From assembly GCA_002633005.1 (NCBI GenBank), contig NMRA01000012.1, positions 759,115-823,114 of the forward strand: a stretch of DNA of 64,000 bases, in the 5' to 3' direction. Below the pieces are notes generated by a model. The model ran no database searches, was not told the DNA's origin, and was given only the letters and a program-made list of their open reading frames with translations. This DNA comes from Phoronis australis. Taxonomy: Eukaryota > Animalia > Phoronida. The translations under genes and the position numbers were made by a program. Shown one piece after another: positions 1 through 54,427 of the stretch (positions are counted from its first letter, which is position 1; every line of letters starts with the position of its first letter).

Positions 1-615
1 TCCCAACTATGTATTTGAAAATCGACTGCAGTGCCATAGATGTAATTCCCCAAGTAGTTCAACCGTCTCTTAACGTTAATTGAACACTTACAAATGATGA
101 TTGTGTTAGACTCTAAAAGAACAAATCAATTTGCTTGTTACACAAGGAAAAAAATCTCAACGTTTCAGTTTTATGTTAGTTGCTTAATTTTAAAATGTCA
201 GTTTGCATAGAAGTTTGTTTCAAATCTTGTATAATACATTTATTTTCTATTTTATTTAAGTTTATGTGTTGTTGTACCCTGTAACACTTAGAATATTTGT
301 GATTTTAATAAATTTGTTCAGGTCTTGTCAAAATGTAATAATTAAATACTCAACTTTGTTGTAGCAATTGGCACATAAGTTTAGTTTTTGTCTCGTCTTG
401 TTTATCACTTTGTTCCATTTTCTACTGTCAGTTATGACTTGACAATTAGTGTTTACAGTTCATATTTATGTGTGTGTGTCATGTATGTGTGTAGCATGTC
501 AAGGACATTTTATCAATATTTCTGAAAACCCCACTTTTTAGCAATACTATAGGCCTGTTTGTGCAAGTCTTTCCAAAATTTTTTCATCACATGAACGCAA
601 AAATTGCATAATGTT

Positions 616-1310
616 CAAACTTCCAAATTCTGCAGAACTCGTACATATCTGTGCAAAGGCACTCTCACCATTTATTCAGTTTATTCAGTTTATTCAGCAA
701 CAGTCACTTTCAGTGGTCCTTCTTTGAAAGGCTGTCTCCATTATACAGCGACACATTCACACGATACAGGCATTTCTCACTTCAGCATGAAATAACACAA
801 TACGCCACATTTTTCTGCTTTAGTAACATATTTCTAGCTGTTTGATACCAGTGTGTATGATGGCTGGAGGCCAAACAGGTCTAAGACTACAAACTGCTTA
901 TAAACTGTCACAATCCTCAGATTACAATACTTTGTTCTGATCCTCTAAGCACCTCACGAACTACAAATTGTCACGGTTACAATTATGACAGTATGTACTT
1001 TCAAGATCTACACTATCTCAATTTGATTGTGACGTATTGTCCAGTTGCGACAGTTTGTGGTCTTGGACCTGTTGGGTCTCCAACCCTCGTACACACTGGT
1101 ATCAAACAGCTGGAAATATGTTACTAAAGAAGAAAAATGGTGTATTGTGTTAAAGTGAGAAATGCCTGTATCGTGTGAATGTGTCACTGTATAATGGAGA
1201 CAGCCTTTCAAAGAAGGACCACTGAAAGTGACTGTTACTGAGTAAACTGAAGAAATGGTGAGACTGCGTTTGCACAAATATGTAAGAGTTCTGCAGAATT
1301 TGGAAGTTTT
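616..1310. repeat. Long inverted repeat / foldback element (arms about 616-895 and 1051-1310)
   Basis: The arms are reverse complements. The ORF track shows near-identical 'TVTFSGPSLKGCLHYT' translations on opposite strands. Confidence 0.9.
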
Positions 1311-4300
1311 ATCATTTTGATTTTAGAAAATTGTCTGTCTCCATCATCTAAATTGTTTTTCATTGTGCCACTTTGTTAACATTAACTTGAACTGAAAATA
1401 TATTAAAATTAATTCTTAATAAAAAAAGATGAGAAGAGATTGTCTGTTGCCAGTAGTAAAATGAAATTCTGTGACATTCTGTATTGTATTCTGCTGAGCC
1501 AAGTGTGCTGTTAGCGTTTTGTTGGGTTCACAGTTATTTTATACTACAAGTGGTTGTTTATTTTTTCTCAAATTGTTAGTTTAATACATCGTTACCACTG
1601 ACAAATGTGTCTCGCATTTGTGACAAAAGCAAAGTTGCTGTGACTTATACATGCAAAAAGCACCAAAAGAAGTGTGGCTATTGTAACTTCCATGTGACAT
1701 TTTGAAAATTTTGGGATATGCCAAATTGTGGATTACCATTAAACATTCATTCTCTAAAATTTTCAACAGTAACTGGCATATTTGATCGACATTAACTGTA
1801 CAGTTGCAATGGTTTTTGAAAAAATTTATAAGGGTCGGTCATTCTTTCTGCAAAATTTTTATGTGCATGAACAAGCCTAATTTTGCAAATATTAGAGAAA
1901 ATTTAATGCACTTTTACCAAGAAATCACCTTGCTGCTGTAGACTTGCCCTGGGTTATTCAGCAGCCCTAAAAAATGAGAGTATTTTTTATGTATCGAGTG
2001 TGGTATAATTTCAGTCAAAATTGATTGCCCTTTTTCGTTCTTCAAAGTATTCCAACGTTATTCTGAATGCTTACATTTCAGAATGTCTGATGGTAGCCAT
2101 GTTGAACTTGGACATGCAAATGCATTAATTCGATTCTACAAAAAATTTCCCATGACCGGCATATTGTGTCCCTGGCAATAATTAGTGTATCTCAAAACCA
2201 ACTTATTGTGACCAGCCTTGGTGTGAATGGAGACTAATGTAGTATATTCTATGAATCTAGATGCCGGTTTCCCATTTTTCTTTGTTGATCACATTGGTTG
2301 GTAGCAAATTCATGTGTTTGTATGTGTTGCATTATTACTGTTCCGGTTTACATTGTCGTTCACGTCATCAGGTATTGTAGAAGTTTAAAGTAAATGCCTA
2401 TTTATCATTACTAAATACTAGCTGCTGTTTGTTTTAGCCAATGTGGTAATTATTCACCTGTTTAGGACAAAATATGTTGGACACGGTAAATTTCATTTCA
2501 TCAAATGTCTCGGTAGAAATAAACACTAAAAATAACGAACGACTTTTAGAATTGTTTGCACAGCCAGTACTGCGATCTTAAAACGCCAGTGGACAAAATG
2601 TTTATTAAAAACAAAGTAGTAAGCCTCTGAAAAATTTTGGTGAAAAATTTTTATGTGAAATTGCTGATGTTTCGTCATAATTTTCTGGTATTTGTTCGGG
2701 CTATTTTTCATTTTTAAGTTGTGCTTATTTTTAAAGAATCTGTTGTCCATATTTTTGTAATAGGAAAATTAGTGATGTGAAGAACTTTTAAAGGTGTATC
2801 GGAAATATGTCTATTGGGACGTTCCACACAATGTTGATTTTTTAATCAATTTTGTGACATGTCACAGTGATCAAGTATTAACAGGTCTTGTTTTCTATGG
2901 CAAAACTATGGTTGGGATAGAGGTTATAGGACGTGATATTTTTTGGATTTAATAAATGACTTCATTCTTATTTTATCATACTTTGAAGTAGACCAAAAAT
3001 GTTGATCTGCTGAAGCACAGCTCATTACGACTTTTACTGGATATTAGTACGATCTTGTATTTGATAAACCATGTTCACACATGAAATACTCTGTGGTTGA
3101 CACATCAAAGAAATTTCAACTCCTTGGAAATAAATAGTAAAAGTTTAAGCATTGTTTTTATTGAGATTATGGTTTCATGAAAATTATCACACTTGCTTTT
3201 CCTTTGCTTCATTTTGACCATGAAATTAATGTTCCTTAGTATTAAGTGTCATATTACCAAACAATGTACAGTCAAACTTCGTTACAACAAAACTCCTGGG
3301 ACCTGTTGAAAACGTTCGTTGTAACCGAATCAACTTTTTAGAGAAGGTAAAAATCGCATTTTTGCGTATGCAAGGCTAATCAATCGCATGCCTGTTCGAG
3401 TTTAGCAAATCGTGCTTGTGCGTCATGCGCTGTGCACAAATATGAAATCAAGGAGTCTGCTTGGGATCAATTTTAGGCTTGCCTGTGCTGGTTTGCTGTA
3501 AAGTTGGGACATTGAAATTGGGACTGCTGTAATTGTGAGAATGTATACGTATTCATTAAAAACGATGTGTAGAAAAAGTACTTTGCATGTGGGAAAATGG
3601 GATTTCAGACTGGAAGATTATAAGCAAGCGAATGCGATTATAAACAGGATTCGTTGTAACACAATTTGACGTTTTCTTAAAACCATTTATTGTTGTTGGT
3701 GTGCGATGTTCTACAGGACATTTTCTTCTATCTATCGATTTGCTGTTGCACACGTAATTGTGTTGTGCATAGTAGCATTGGCCCAGGAATAGATAACAAC
3801 ACCCATGTATTAATTTGAACTTTTACATTTAAAACATCAAATTATCCTGCACTAACAAATATAATTATAAATGCTCAGAAATTGAAGCTTTTTACCTACA
3901 ACAGAACATTTCGTTGATTGAGCAGATATTTCATATTCTAAGTGGTTAAACGTTACTGTGTTAATATCCCTTCTTTGAAAATCTATTATGCAAAATAAAT
4001 TGAATTCCAGCCAATTCCTTCCCACTTTACAGCCACTGCAGAAAAAGAAATAGAGTGCAACGACTGTTGTAGTAAGGTTCCATGGTGTATCCATGTTTCA
4101 TGTCTTGAAACGCACAAAAGAGTATTAAAACACAAATTTTGAATCTTTTCTTCACTCTATTTTCAAACAGGAATAAACCGTAACCTGGAGCAGTGAAGCT
4201 TGTCACAGGATAAGTCACTCGTAGATGGCACTGTTTACATTTGCACAATTTAGCTCAAAACTGATATCACTACCTGTTATTGCACAGTCCCTACAGCTTT

Positions 4301-5343
4301 CAAGTTATGTAGAACCCTCGAAAACTGGCCAAATTGAGCAAACTTCGGAATGTCATATTTCAGAAATGGCCGATTGGATTCATACGAAACTTTCAGATCC
4401 CAACCTTAATGCACCATTCTCCAAAACAGAGTCCGGAATTGTTTTTAAAAATTTCCACTTTTGCTGGAGGGGCTATTCAAAACAGGACTGAAAAAACTTA
4501 AAAGTTGCACAAAACTAAAAAAATAATCTAAAAAAATTATAATGGTGTTTTTGATATTTCATCTTGAACAGTAACATTGAATGAAATTTGATTATGTTAT
4601 TGATTACATGTTTTGCTATGGATGTATGACCTTTTGTTTTTGCTAAATTTTACTAATAAATCTTAAAAAGTCATGGTCATGTGACACAATTAATAGCAGA
4701 TCGGTAAAAAGTCAAAAATCAAATACTACACTCCGGCTTTCTACTTTCCAAAAAATATATACTTCAGAGCAAAAACCTACACTTGGCTAAATGCAATGTC
4801 GAATCAATAGGGCTCTACATAAACCAAGCTTAGTCATAAGAATCAACCCTATTTTACTGATCAATGAACAAGCAAAGCATTACAATAATCTAGATGCAGC
4901 AACAGTGTAGCCTTCAACACCTCACCCCCAATTTTGCAGAACTGCTCCACTGTATTTCCACAAAAAATGCCCCGTACATGAAGAACGAGGTGTTTGACAT
5001 GGATATTTTACAGACAAAAAATTGATGACACGTATGTTGCTGATTTAACAGACTAGCGAAAGTTGCACATTGTTATGCTCCAAAAATATTTGTGATCTAG
5101 TTGCAGGTAATGTAATTACGTGTTTACAGTAGGCTAAAACATTGCTCAGTTTCACTTTAAAAAGGCGCAGAATAAAAAGACTGCAACCAGTCTCTGAACG
5201 GCTGCCCAAAAATACTATTAATGAAGGGATTCATCGACATCACACACTTATCATATAGATAATATAGGAAAATAAAATTCCTTTCAACTGTATCAGGGAG
5301 ATGACGATGTCATAAATCATGACAACATGGAAACACCGTGACT

Positions 5344-46082
<40,739 letters not shown>

Positions 46083-46508
46083 TTTTTTCCAAAGCTCTCT
46101 CACACCGTAGCCTTGTCAAACGCACCGGCACGCTCCCCCGATCTTTATACCTTGACCTTTACAACTAGGTCACTTCGATTATATGGGTCATCAAAAAGCT
46201 GCAAAGGCACAGGCAACAGGCAGAGGTACGTCCAAGTCGATTCGTAAACAATTCATGTCATAATCAACCTGTCAATATTCTTAAGCAATTAGAGTGTACA
46301 GTTCATCGCCATCTTCTTGTGGTTGTATAATTTAAGTTTGTCTGTAAAATGAAATACAATGGGTTGGCCGAAGGTGAGCACTCGATCCTGTCTCGCTGGT
46401 TCCTTACGTGCCGCTAGGTGGGGCAGTAGCCGCGCCAGCAGCACGCACGGAACCAGCGAGCGCCTGAACGCGTGCTGGCTAGGCACGTAGGGGACCTGAG
46501 CGAGTCGA

Positions 46509-46666
46509 CCCAGGCGTGCGTTCAGTAACGCTAGGACCTACGCTAGGTCCTACCTAAAATCTAGCCAAAGTCACGTGCTCTCATTTGAAATACACGGCAA
46601 TTTCTCGCGTAATCTCACGAAGTCTTGCTTTTTAGCGAGGTCCCAGCCTTAATGAACGGGAGGCTG
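46509..46666. mobile_element. MITE-like repeat, copy 1 (intergenic)
   Basis: Closely similar to 52028-52185, with inverted ends ttcagtaacgctaggacct...aggtcccagccttaatgaa. Confidence 0.8.
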
Positions 46667-46938
46667 TCTCTCTGGCTGTGGTCCGAAGGTTGGGCTGTCT
46701 GTGACAGTCGGGTCTGAATATACTGTAGCCGTACTCTATAGCCCTACTGCTTCTTTGACCGAGGCGGATTGGACCGCTGTATCCCTCGAGATACGTAAGC
46801 TGTATGAAAATAAGAAGGCCTTGTTCACTGCTTCGTCCACTCGGAGTTGTTGGAACTGGCCTGTCTTTCCTCACGCTCTTGCTGTTTTATTATTTTTTTT
46901 TTGCCGCAGCCGCTCCCCCCAAATCCGCCTATGCTTTG

Positions 46939-46978
46939 NNNNNNNNNNNNNNNNNNNNNNNNNNNNNNNNNNNNNNNN
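46939..46978. other. Assembly gap (40 N)
   Basis: Run of N; the true length is unknown. Confidence 1.
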
Positions 46979-48935
46979 GGGGGGTCACTCATATCAACAA
47001 GGTGCCCTCGGGTATGTACCAAAAATTATGGGTAGAGTACTTTGCGGAACCCGCGCAAGGTCTAATAGGCCCCTAAATTTCCATTTCGGGTCCCCACAAA
47101 ACGACCACTGCATTGGTCTCAGGCGCAGGGCGAGGCCTGGTATTCCCAGAAAAATCTAAGCCGCAAAAGGGGGGGTATAGGAATTAGCAGACCTAGTACC
47201 ACCCGCAATAGGGGGGTCTTTCAGCAATTTTTAGAACACGCCTGCGGGCACCTTGCCAATGTGAGTGACCTCCGTGCTTTTTTGAAAGTAAGTCATGTTA
47301 ATGATTGCACTGACTCGTGCCGTCGTAAGTTGAGTGTCCAGGTATGAGGGTTAGGTGGGGTTTATACAGGGTTGGGTCACTGCAGACGGATCGAGTGGCT
47401 ACGGAACGACAAGCTGACTGAGCTGTCATAGATGAGATGACAGCTCACCGGCGTCACTGTGAAAATGCGAATTACCTGTTATTCATTCAATTTTTGTTTC
47501 CCGGCGATTTGACGTGAAATGTTCAAGTTCATGCAAGGTCAGCTATCGTTCATTTTCACAAACAGCTAGGCCAGCTTGTAGCTCTCTATCTGCGCTGGTC
47601 CTCGATCACTTCGGCCTATCCTGGGTCTGTTTCGCAAAGAATTTATTGGTTTCTCTTTTGACTCGGCTATATGCCACGTGAATTGCGTTTACAGACATTG
47701 CTGCGCCAAGACTAGCCTGAGTGAGGTGCCTTACCCCAGCCAAGCAGCACGTCAAGCCTGGCTTAAGGTGGGTTGAATATTCGTTGAGCTGTCAAAAAAT
47801 CTCTAGCGAGAGAATTAGGTGAATAGAATTAACCTCTACACAAGGGTTGTGTTTCTTTCCACTGGTGCACCCTCCGTCGAAAATATTCGCGTTGAGTATC
47901 TACCAGGATTAAAGAGGGCTGCGGTAGCTCAACCGTTGGTTTTTGGACGAGGAAATAAACCGTATAAATGACTTAAACCCCGTCATTTCTGTTTTTCTCG
48001 GTGTGAACGATTTTGGTGGACAAACTGACGAAAAATTCCTTTGGTCATTCTGCCGTTGACCCCAACTTTTTCGGGATAGTAAACGAACAAGTTGGCCGGT
48101 TGACCGGTGTAATCAGCATCTTGATTAACTCCGTTGTGGTAAATAGTTGGAGGGCCAGCTCTTTTTTATGAATATTTGCTCTAATCCTGAGAAGATCGTA
48201 TCTAGTCTGACTAGGCTGTGCTGTTAAAAATAAAAGTTATAAACTTAAACCAATTTACAGTTCTGAATTCCTCGTCAAATTCTAATCATGTTTAGTTTTT
48301 GAGCCACTAAAATCGTCTGCATGTCATGTCATTGAACGGGTGAAAGCTCTAATGAATGGGCGCTATCTTGGCATAGTGTTGAATGACGAAAAACTTTCCC
48401 TTTTCATCTGAGACTTTAATCGAAATGCTGCACAAAATTTTTACGAATGTCCAGACGCTGCTTGATTATATGCTTGCTATAAAATTACTTAGGCATGTTC
48501 CCAGGGCCTGTGACCATTGACCATCAAAAGTTTACTCGATGCACGTCTCGACATTGGAAAAATATTTATCTTTGGCATAAATTGATGAGGGTAGATATCA
48601 ATGAATCCTCGTTTCCAAAGGTTAATTCTATTCACTTAATTTTCTCTTTATGACGTAATGTTAATACAAAAAACAATCTCAGCAAAGATGGTCATGATTG
48701 AAAACTGCAGCCGCTTGTGAACAAAGCAGAAACGACAAATAGAGTAAAAATACACAAGGTATGGGTGTTAGAGGTAAAAAATATATACTCGAAGAGAGTG
48801 CCCTGCGATTTCTCAAATTTCGAGTTTCGAGAAAAGTTTGGTGGTCACTGGGTCGGACGGCATGTTTTAGATTTACTTACAACTCACGTGATTATGTTTG
48901 TCCCAAGGTGTCCTTCTCTTTCGTGATATCTCAAG

Positions 48936-51900
48936 ATGGTGAAATCTGCCTTGGTTATTGGAGCTTCACGAGGCATTGGACGACAGATTGCCGTTACACT
49001 TGCCAAAAATGGATACCAAGTGGGCGTTGCTGCAAAAACGGTTATAAGTAACGGCAAAACGCCTGGAACGATCTACGACGTTTGTCATGAAATCTCCAAG
49101 AATGGCGGCAAGGCAGTACCTGTCCCATGCAACGTAAGAAATGATAATGACGTCAAAAATGCTGTGAACACGTGCTTGAGAAGCTTTTCGGCACTTGACT
49201 GCGTTGTGTATAACGCGGGGGCAATTATGTGGGAAAACGTTAAAGACACTCCGATGAAGAGATTTGATTTGATGCACGAGGTTAATGACAGGGGAGCTTA
49301 CTGCTTGATTCAGAATGTATTGCCTCACATGCTTGACAAGAAATTCGGAAGAATTGTGTTAGTGTCACCCCCAATTTATTCCAGGTAAGTTGATTGGAAT
49401 AGAATAAAGACCGGGTGAAACCATTTTTATGCAATTATGTGTGTATGTGTGCGTGCATAAGTGCGTTCGTGCGTGCGTGTGTGTATTAATTATGGATGCT
49501 GTGCTGTACGCTGCCGTATCTCCAAAACCGCTGAATGGTTGTTCGTGATTTGTTCGTGATATTTTACAGACATGTATCATGAATGGGACGACATGATCGA
49601 GATTTTGGACGGATTACCTGTGTGCCCCTAGTGGCCGTTTCACTTTCGTTTGCGTTTTCCTCTGCATCTTCGAAGTTCCTTGACGGATTTTCATAAAATT
49701 TGGCAAATAGATATCTATTAGAAGATGACAAAGCATTTTCGTTTTCGGATAGGCCACCTTACTGTTTTTGAGTTCTGTTTTTTGGCCAAACCATTCTGAG
49801 GATCATGAAATTGGAACGACGTGTGTTCTTATATGGAAGAGTACGAGTGACGTTGATTTTCGGACTGATTTTACTACTGGGACACCACCTAGTGGCAGTT
49901 TTGTCCTTTTTGTTTTGTTTTTGTGTCCGTGTCTCTACCTCATGAACCCCTTACAGTTGAAGGATCTTTGTCAAATTTGGCGAGTGCATTCATTCTGGGT
50001 ATTTGATAACCGATAGCGACGACTTTCACTGTCCCCCCTGATGGGAATTTTAGTTTGTTACGTTTTCCTCTGTATCGTCATAGCAGATGAGTCGAGGCGA
50101 TAACAACTTCACATTTTTCGAATGGATGCGACGTATTGTATTTGCACGCCATCTAGTAACTATTTATATTATTTTCGAGTTTGTTTTTTGGACTCCACCA
50201 CTCTATCGGACAATTCAATCTAAGGATCATCATGAACATTGGCACATGTGTTCCTTCCGCAAAGAACAGATCTGATGATGATTTTCGGACGGCTCCGACT
50301 ACTGTGGTGTCCCCTAGTGACAGTTTGTTTTTTCCCGTGGCTCATTATATTAGGCCCAAGTTCCTTGGATTGGTCGATCTTCGTGAAATTTGGCATGCGT
50401 TTCTGTTGAGGAGATCATAACTGACGTAGATTTTGGGAAAATCCGACTATTGCCTAGTCGCTTAGTGGCAATTTTGTTTTTGATTTTATGCGTTTGCCTT
50501 GATATCTAAATACGTTTCGTTATGGAAGTTCATGAAATTTGGCAGATAAGTTACTGTCCCGTGGACAACATCACTCGGCCCTGTTTCTACCTGCGTTGCG
50601 ACCTCTAGTGTCGTTTCTGTTGTTTTTGTTTCCCTTGTCGCCTGCTTCCCCATACCCCAAAGTGCTTGAAAAATAATGGGGAAAGGTGACAGGTGACCAT
50701 TTCTGATTTGCTTTGTACCACTTAGAGGCTATCACGATTAGTTTACTAGCATTGCTCCTTTAATGGGGATATTGAAAATAGTGATTATCTCCTGGGCTGT
50801 AAGTGAATGTAAACGCTCAGCGTTACCCTTGCTCATGTTTTTATGCTTTGTGCAGACTTTAATAACCAGCGTTTGCAAATGAGGATTCTCGTTCTCTGCT
50901 TGTCCATGGAAGTCGGTATACGCCAACTAGTGCACCGTTGTGTCTTGTAAATCTAATATCTTATGAGCTTGGATAGATCACATGCTGTGATCATTATAAG
51001 CCCAATCTATATGTTGTGAATGAATCTGACAAGGTGGTTGCCACATTTTAACCAAAGCTTGGTGGCAATGGTTGTGGTTGAATGATTCCAATCGTCTTGT
51101 ATTCAGAACCTGATTTATTTATGCTTCAGATTCTTCAAGGGAAAAACGCCGTATTCTATGACAAAGGTGGGAATGACTGTCTTAACACATGGGTTAGCAA
51201 ATGAAATCGCCAATTCAGGTGGGTTTTGGAAAATTGATATTGAACATTTCTTCATTCCTTATCCTTATACTTTTATTAGGCATGGGTTTAGGCTTATAGT
51301 GCTAAAGGTGTTGTTCTCTTACTAGTTTTGGGCTATGTCTCAGCGCAGACTGTCGGAGAGCTCTGACCTCAGCTGGCTACCTTGATTGGAAGTAGACTGA
51401 GCACATCAGCGTAAAATGGGAAACTTTCTGAAAACAATGGATGCTGGTCACGTGGTACCGGTGAATCTTATCGTCATCCGTATAAGGCACCAGTCAAGTG
51501 GTACCCCCTTTCTTAACAGATGGCATAGGGGAACATTTTGGCTTTTTGAAAAACCTTTTAACAGTGCCGTGATTAGACGTGGTGGAGTCTAAACAAAAGG
51601 AAATTTCCTCCTCGTCCTCCAGAAGACACTGGTATCCAGTACCACGTGACCAGTCACCACATTGCGACTTGAAAGCATACCATTGCAGCACAAGTGCATG
51701 GCAGCACTTGATTCACTCCGCATATTCAGCTGGATCGTCCGAGTATGACATCCGATTGATTTGGAAGCCGGAAGTCGTCACCGAGAACACCAATCGGTTT
51801 CTTTAGCCAGTTGACCCGCATAAACTCGCGGAGTGAATCAAATGCATCCAATGAACTAGCTGCCAGTTCCTCCAATTGTTAGCATCTTAACATAAGCTAC

Positions 51901-54427
51901 GTGCTCAGACACCTTACATGATTGGCAGTCAGTTGAACTCGTAGCAACCAGTCTGCGCTGAGCCTTAGTCTAACATTGTCAGTTAATCTTTTACCCCGCC
52001 TCCATGAGTAACCATGGAGACCAGTGACCTGGCGTGCGTTCAGTTACGCTAGGACCTACGCTAGGACCTAGCTAAAATCTAGCCAAAGTCACGTGTTCTC
52101 ATTTAAAATACACGGCCATATCTCACGTAATCTCACGAAGTCTTGCTTTTTAGCGAGGTCCTGGCGTTACTGAAAGGGAGGGCTGGTCTGTGTCTAGCTA
52201 GTCTCACAGTCTTAGGTACGAGCCAGCTGTAAAAGTGGATGATAGATGAATTGGCAGCTCACGTAAAGGCGCGAAAATTCCACCTCAACTGGTTGAACTA
52301 GAAGCTAGTTCATTCAGTTATCCTCGTCTTTTCGTGAGCTGCCAGGTCATATGAGCTGTCGTTAAGTTGAGGCAGGTAGCTGAGCTCGTAGCTACTTGTC
52401 TACGGTGCCTCTTAACCTTCTACACTTCTTCCAGGTGTAACCATATCTTCATTGTGGCCGGCCACAGTCATAAAGAGTCAAGTGACCACCGTGAAGAGAG
52501 TTCCTAATGAGTACATGAGAAAGGCGACGATCTTTGCTGATGCCTGCCTTGGGATATTATCCGAGCCGTCTGACAAGTATACAATTCACTAAAACGTCTT
52601 GACTTTATCATGACTTTTTACACAAGGTCAAAACAGAAGACGTACGCCAAAATTTATGAGTGGTCGTATTTCTTCGTTAAAAAAAAAACGTGGACGAGTC
52701 ACGACATTTTAATGAAATAACCGACGGAACTCCGGCAAACAGAACCAAACTTAGACTAAGATTTTCATCCATATTTTCTAACTAAAGTCGTATTGTCAAG
52801 TCACAACCAAAGTTCTAATGGACACGCACGGGAGTAGGGCCTATTACTCATTTGCATGGGTTGCTGACCATTTCTGCAAAGGAGGCAGAAACCATGTCGC
52901 AAAATTTTATGTTGACAAAAGTTTTGACAGTTTAAGTGTGGTCATCTTGGTTCATTCTTCGACTATAAAACAATATAAAGTGCTGGCACTAGTTATGTAC
53001 ATAACACAATGTGTCAACGTAACTAACGTAGTGTACTCTACATACTTACAGTAAGACAAAATTATAAAATCACCATTATAGATATAAAACTCTTTTGTTG
53101 GGACCGTACCGTTAGTTTTATTTCCTAAATGCAAAAAGACTTCCTTTGAAATTAGCGAAGTCTGTCAGAACTCGGTCTAAACTGATGCTTTTATTCTTGG
53201 CAATGTGTAACAGTGCTATTGATGACTTTTCCTTTGTACAGGAAAATGCGGGAGCTAATTCGGCCAGTAATAAGACCGCCCCGGATTACACACATTTGCT
53301 GCCTCGTTTTCTTGTCTTTTGGTATTCTACAGGTTATTTGTTGTTGTCTCATTCTTTCCAAGTTTTTCACGGCGCATTAGTCTATTCGTCTTTCCATTGC
53401 TAACAAAGTTTTACTGATGCGCTGTGGGCTGCAACTATGCTGGTTTTTTCAGAAATAATACGTTTATAACCATAGCTTACAGAAGAACAGTGTGATTCAT
53501 GTTATGAACTTAATCCCTGCAGCCGGGGTGTAAATACACATTCGTGAAAAAGTTTGATAACTGGACAAATACCCGTGTATGCGTGATGTGAAATTCTTCG
53601 CTTTCCCGATATCAACGAGAGGCAAGCAAATGCGTAGAAAGTGGGTAAAACAAATCGTTGGGTTAATTTTGAACGAAAAAGACAAAATATCGTTTCTTGA
53701 ACATACCCGTTCAATTCTTTTGAACGGCTGAATTTGGGAATAATTCCACGGCCTCTCGCCAGTTTCCGACATGATCTGCGAAATTGTACCTCATTTCCAA
53801 AACGAGGCCAGTTTCCGACATGGTCTGCGAAATTGTTCCTCATTTCCAAAACAAGGTCACGCCCTTTCTTATCTCCAGGACAAAGAAGAGTTCTGTCGTG
53901 GTGTAATCCGGGACGGCCCTATTGATAGAGACCAGGCAAAACAGGCCGAAACCTCTGTCACCTTCGTCTCGCAGTACATAATATTCTATTTTCCCAATGC
54001 CATCCATAGACCCTGAACAATATATTTTCTAAAACCGTCAATGCGTCATTCTGTTTCTTGGAGGGCTTTTTAGTCTTTTCAAAAGTGAACGTTTATTCAA
54101 AGAAGTTTAAAAAAATTATCTTGCAATCAGAAACGAAAGCTTTACCTATTTCATTTTCTAATAAACACACATGCGTATTTGTTAAGACTGCATCCAACGC
54201 CCCCTGTGTCAACAGTGGATCGTGATGTTACTTGTTGCTCGTATTTCAGGTTAAATGGGAGAGCTCTCATTGACGAAGACTATCTGAGAGAGGAGGGTGT
54301 CACAGACTTCACAGCATATCGCTGTGATCCCCATGAAGAACCCCCAAGAATGATGCCGAAGACATTTCCTGTTTTAACGGTGGAGGAAGAAGACGCCAGA
54401 CTCAATCTTTTTAACTCAAAGCTTTGA
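48936..54427 (+). CDS. HSDL2-like short-chain dehydrogenase/reductase, about 285 aa, no SCP2 domain, peroxisomal PTS1
   Basis: Exons 48936-49384, 51130-51218, 52435-52576 and 54250-54427, phases consistent (858 nt). Motifs: GASRGIG Rossmann motif, AAKT...PGTI, NAGAI, MKRFDLMHEVN, catalytic YSMTK, SLWPAT, MRKATIFADA, LIDEDYLREEGVTDF. C-terminus is ...FNSKL*. Confidence 0.9.
49560..50620 (-). mobile_element. Same subrepeat-containing element family as 14277-15945, reverse orientation
   Basis: Repeated cccctagtgg and tgaaatttggca motifs, which are reverse complements of the 14-16 kb subrepeats. Confidence 0.55.
52028..52185. mobile_element. MITE-like repeat, copy 2 (SDR intron 2)
   Basis: Direct copy of 46509-46666, with inverted ends ttcagttacgctaggacct...aggtcctggcgttactgaa. 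Confidence 0.8.
53515..53660 (+). pseudogene. Frameshifted THAP-zinc-finger-like remnant (transposon-derived)
   Basis: ...PGCKY... and then, in a shifted frame, DKYPCMRDVKFFAFPISTRGKQMRRKWVKQI, which resembles the THAP F-x-F-P...R-x-x-W signature. Confidence 0.4.

Larger units (their letters stand above)
46083..48935. promoter_or_regulatory. Divergent (head-to-head) intergenic promoter region
   Basis: Lies between two outward-facing start codons and is locally richer in CpG. It has a YY1-like AAGATGGCG on the minus strand at 46307-46315 and nuclear-receptor half-sites at 46153-46190 and 48511-48523. Transcription start sites cannot be determined. Confidence 0.45.

Noticed and set aside
604-1277. 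Two similar short ORFs on opposite strands (possible gene pair)
   Set aside because: They are the two arms of a non-coding inverted repeat.
46701-47159. ORFs spanning the N gap
   Set aside because: Open only because the Ns mask possible stops.
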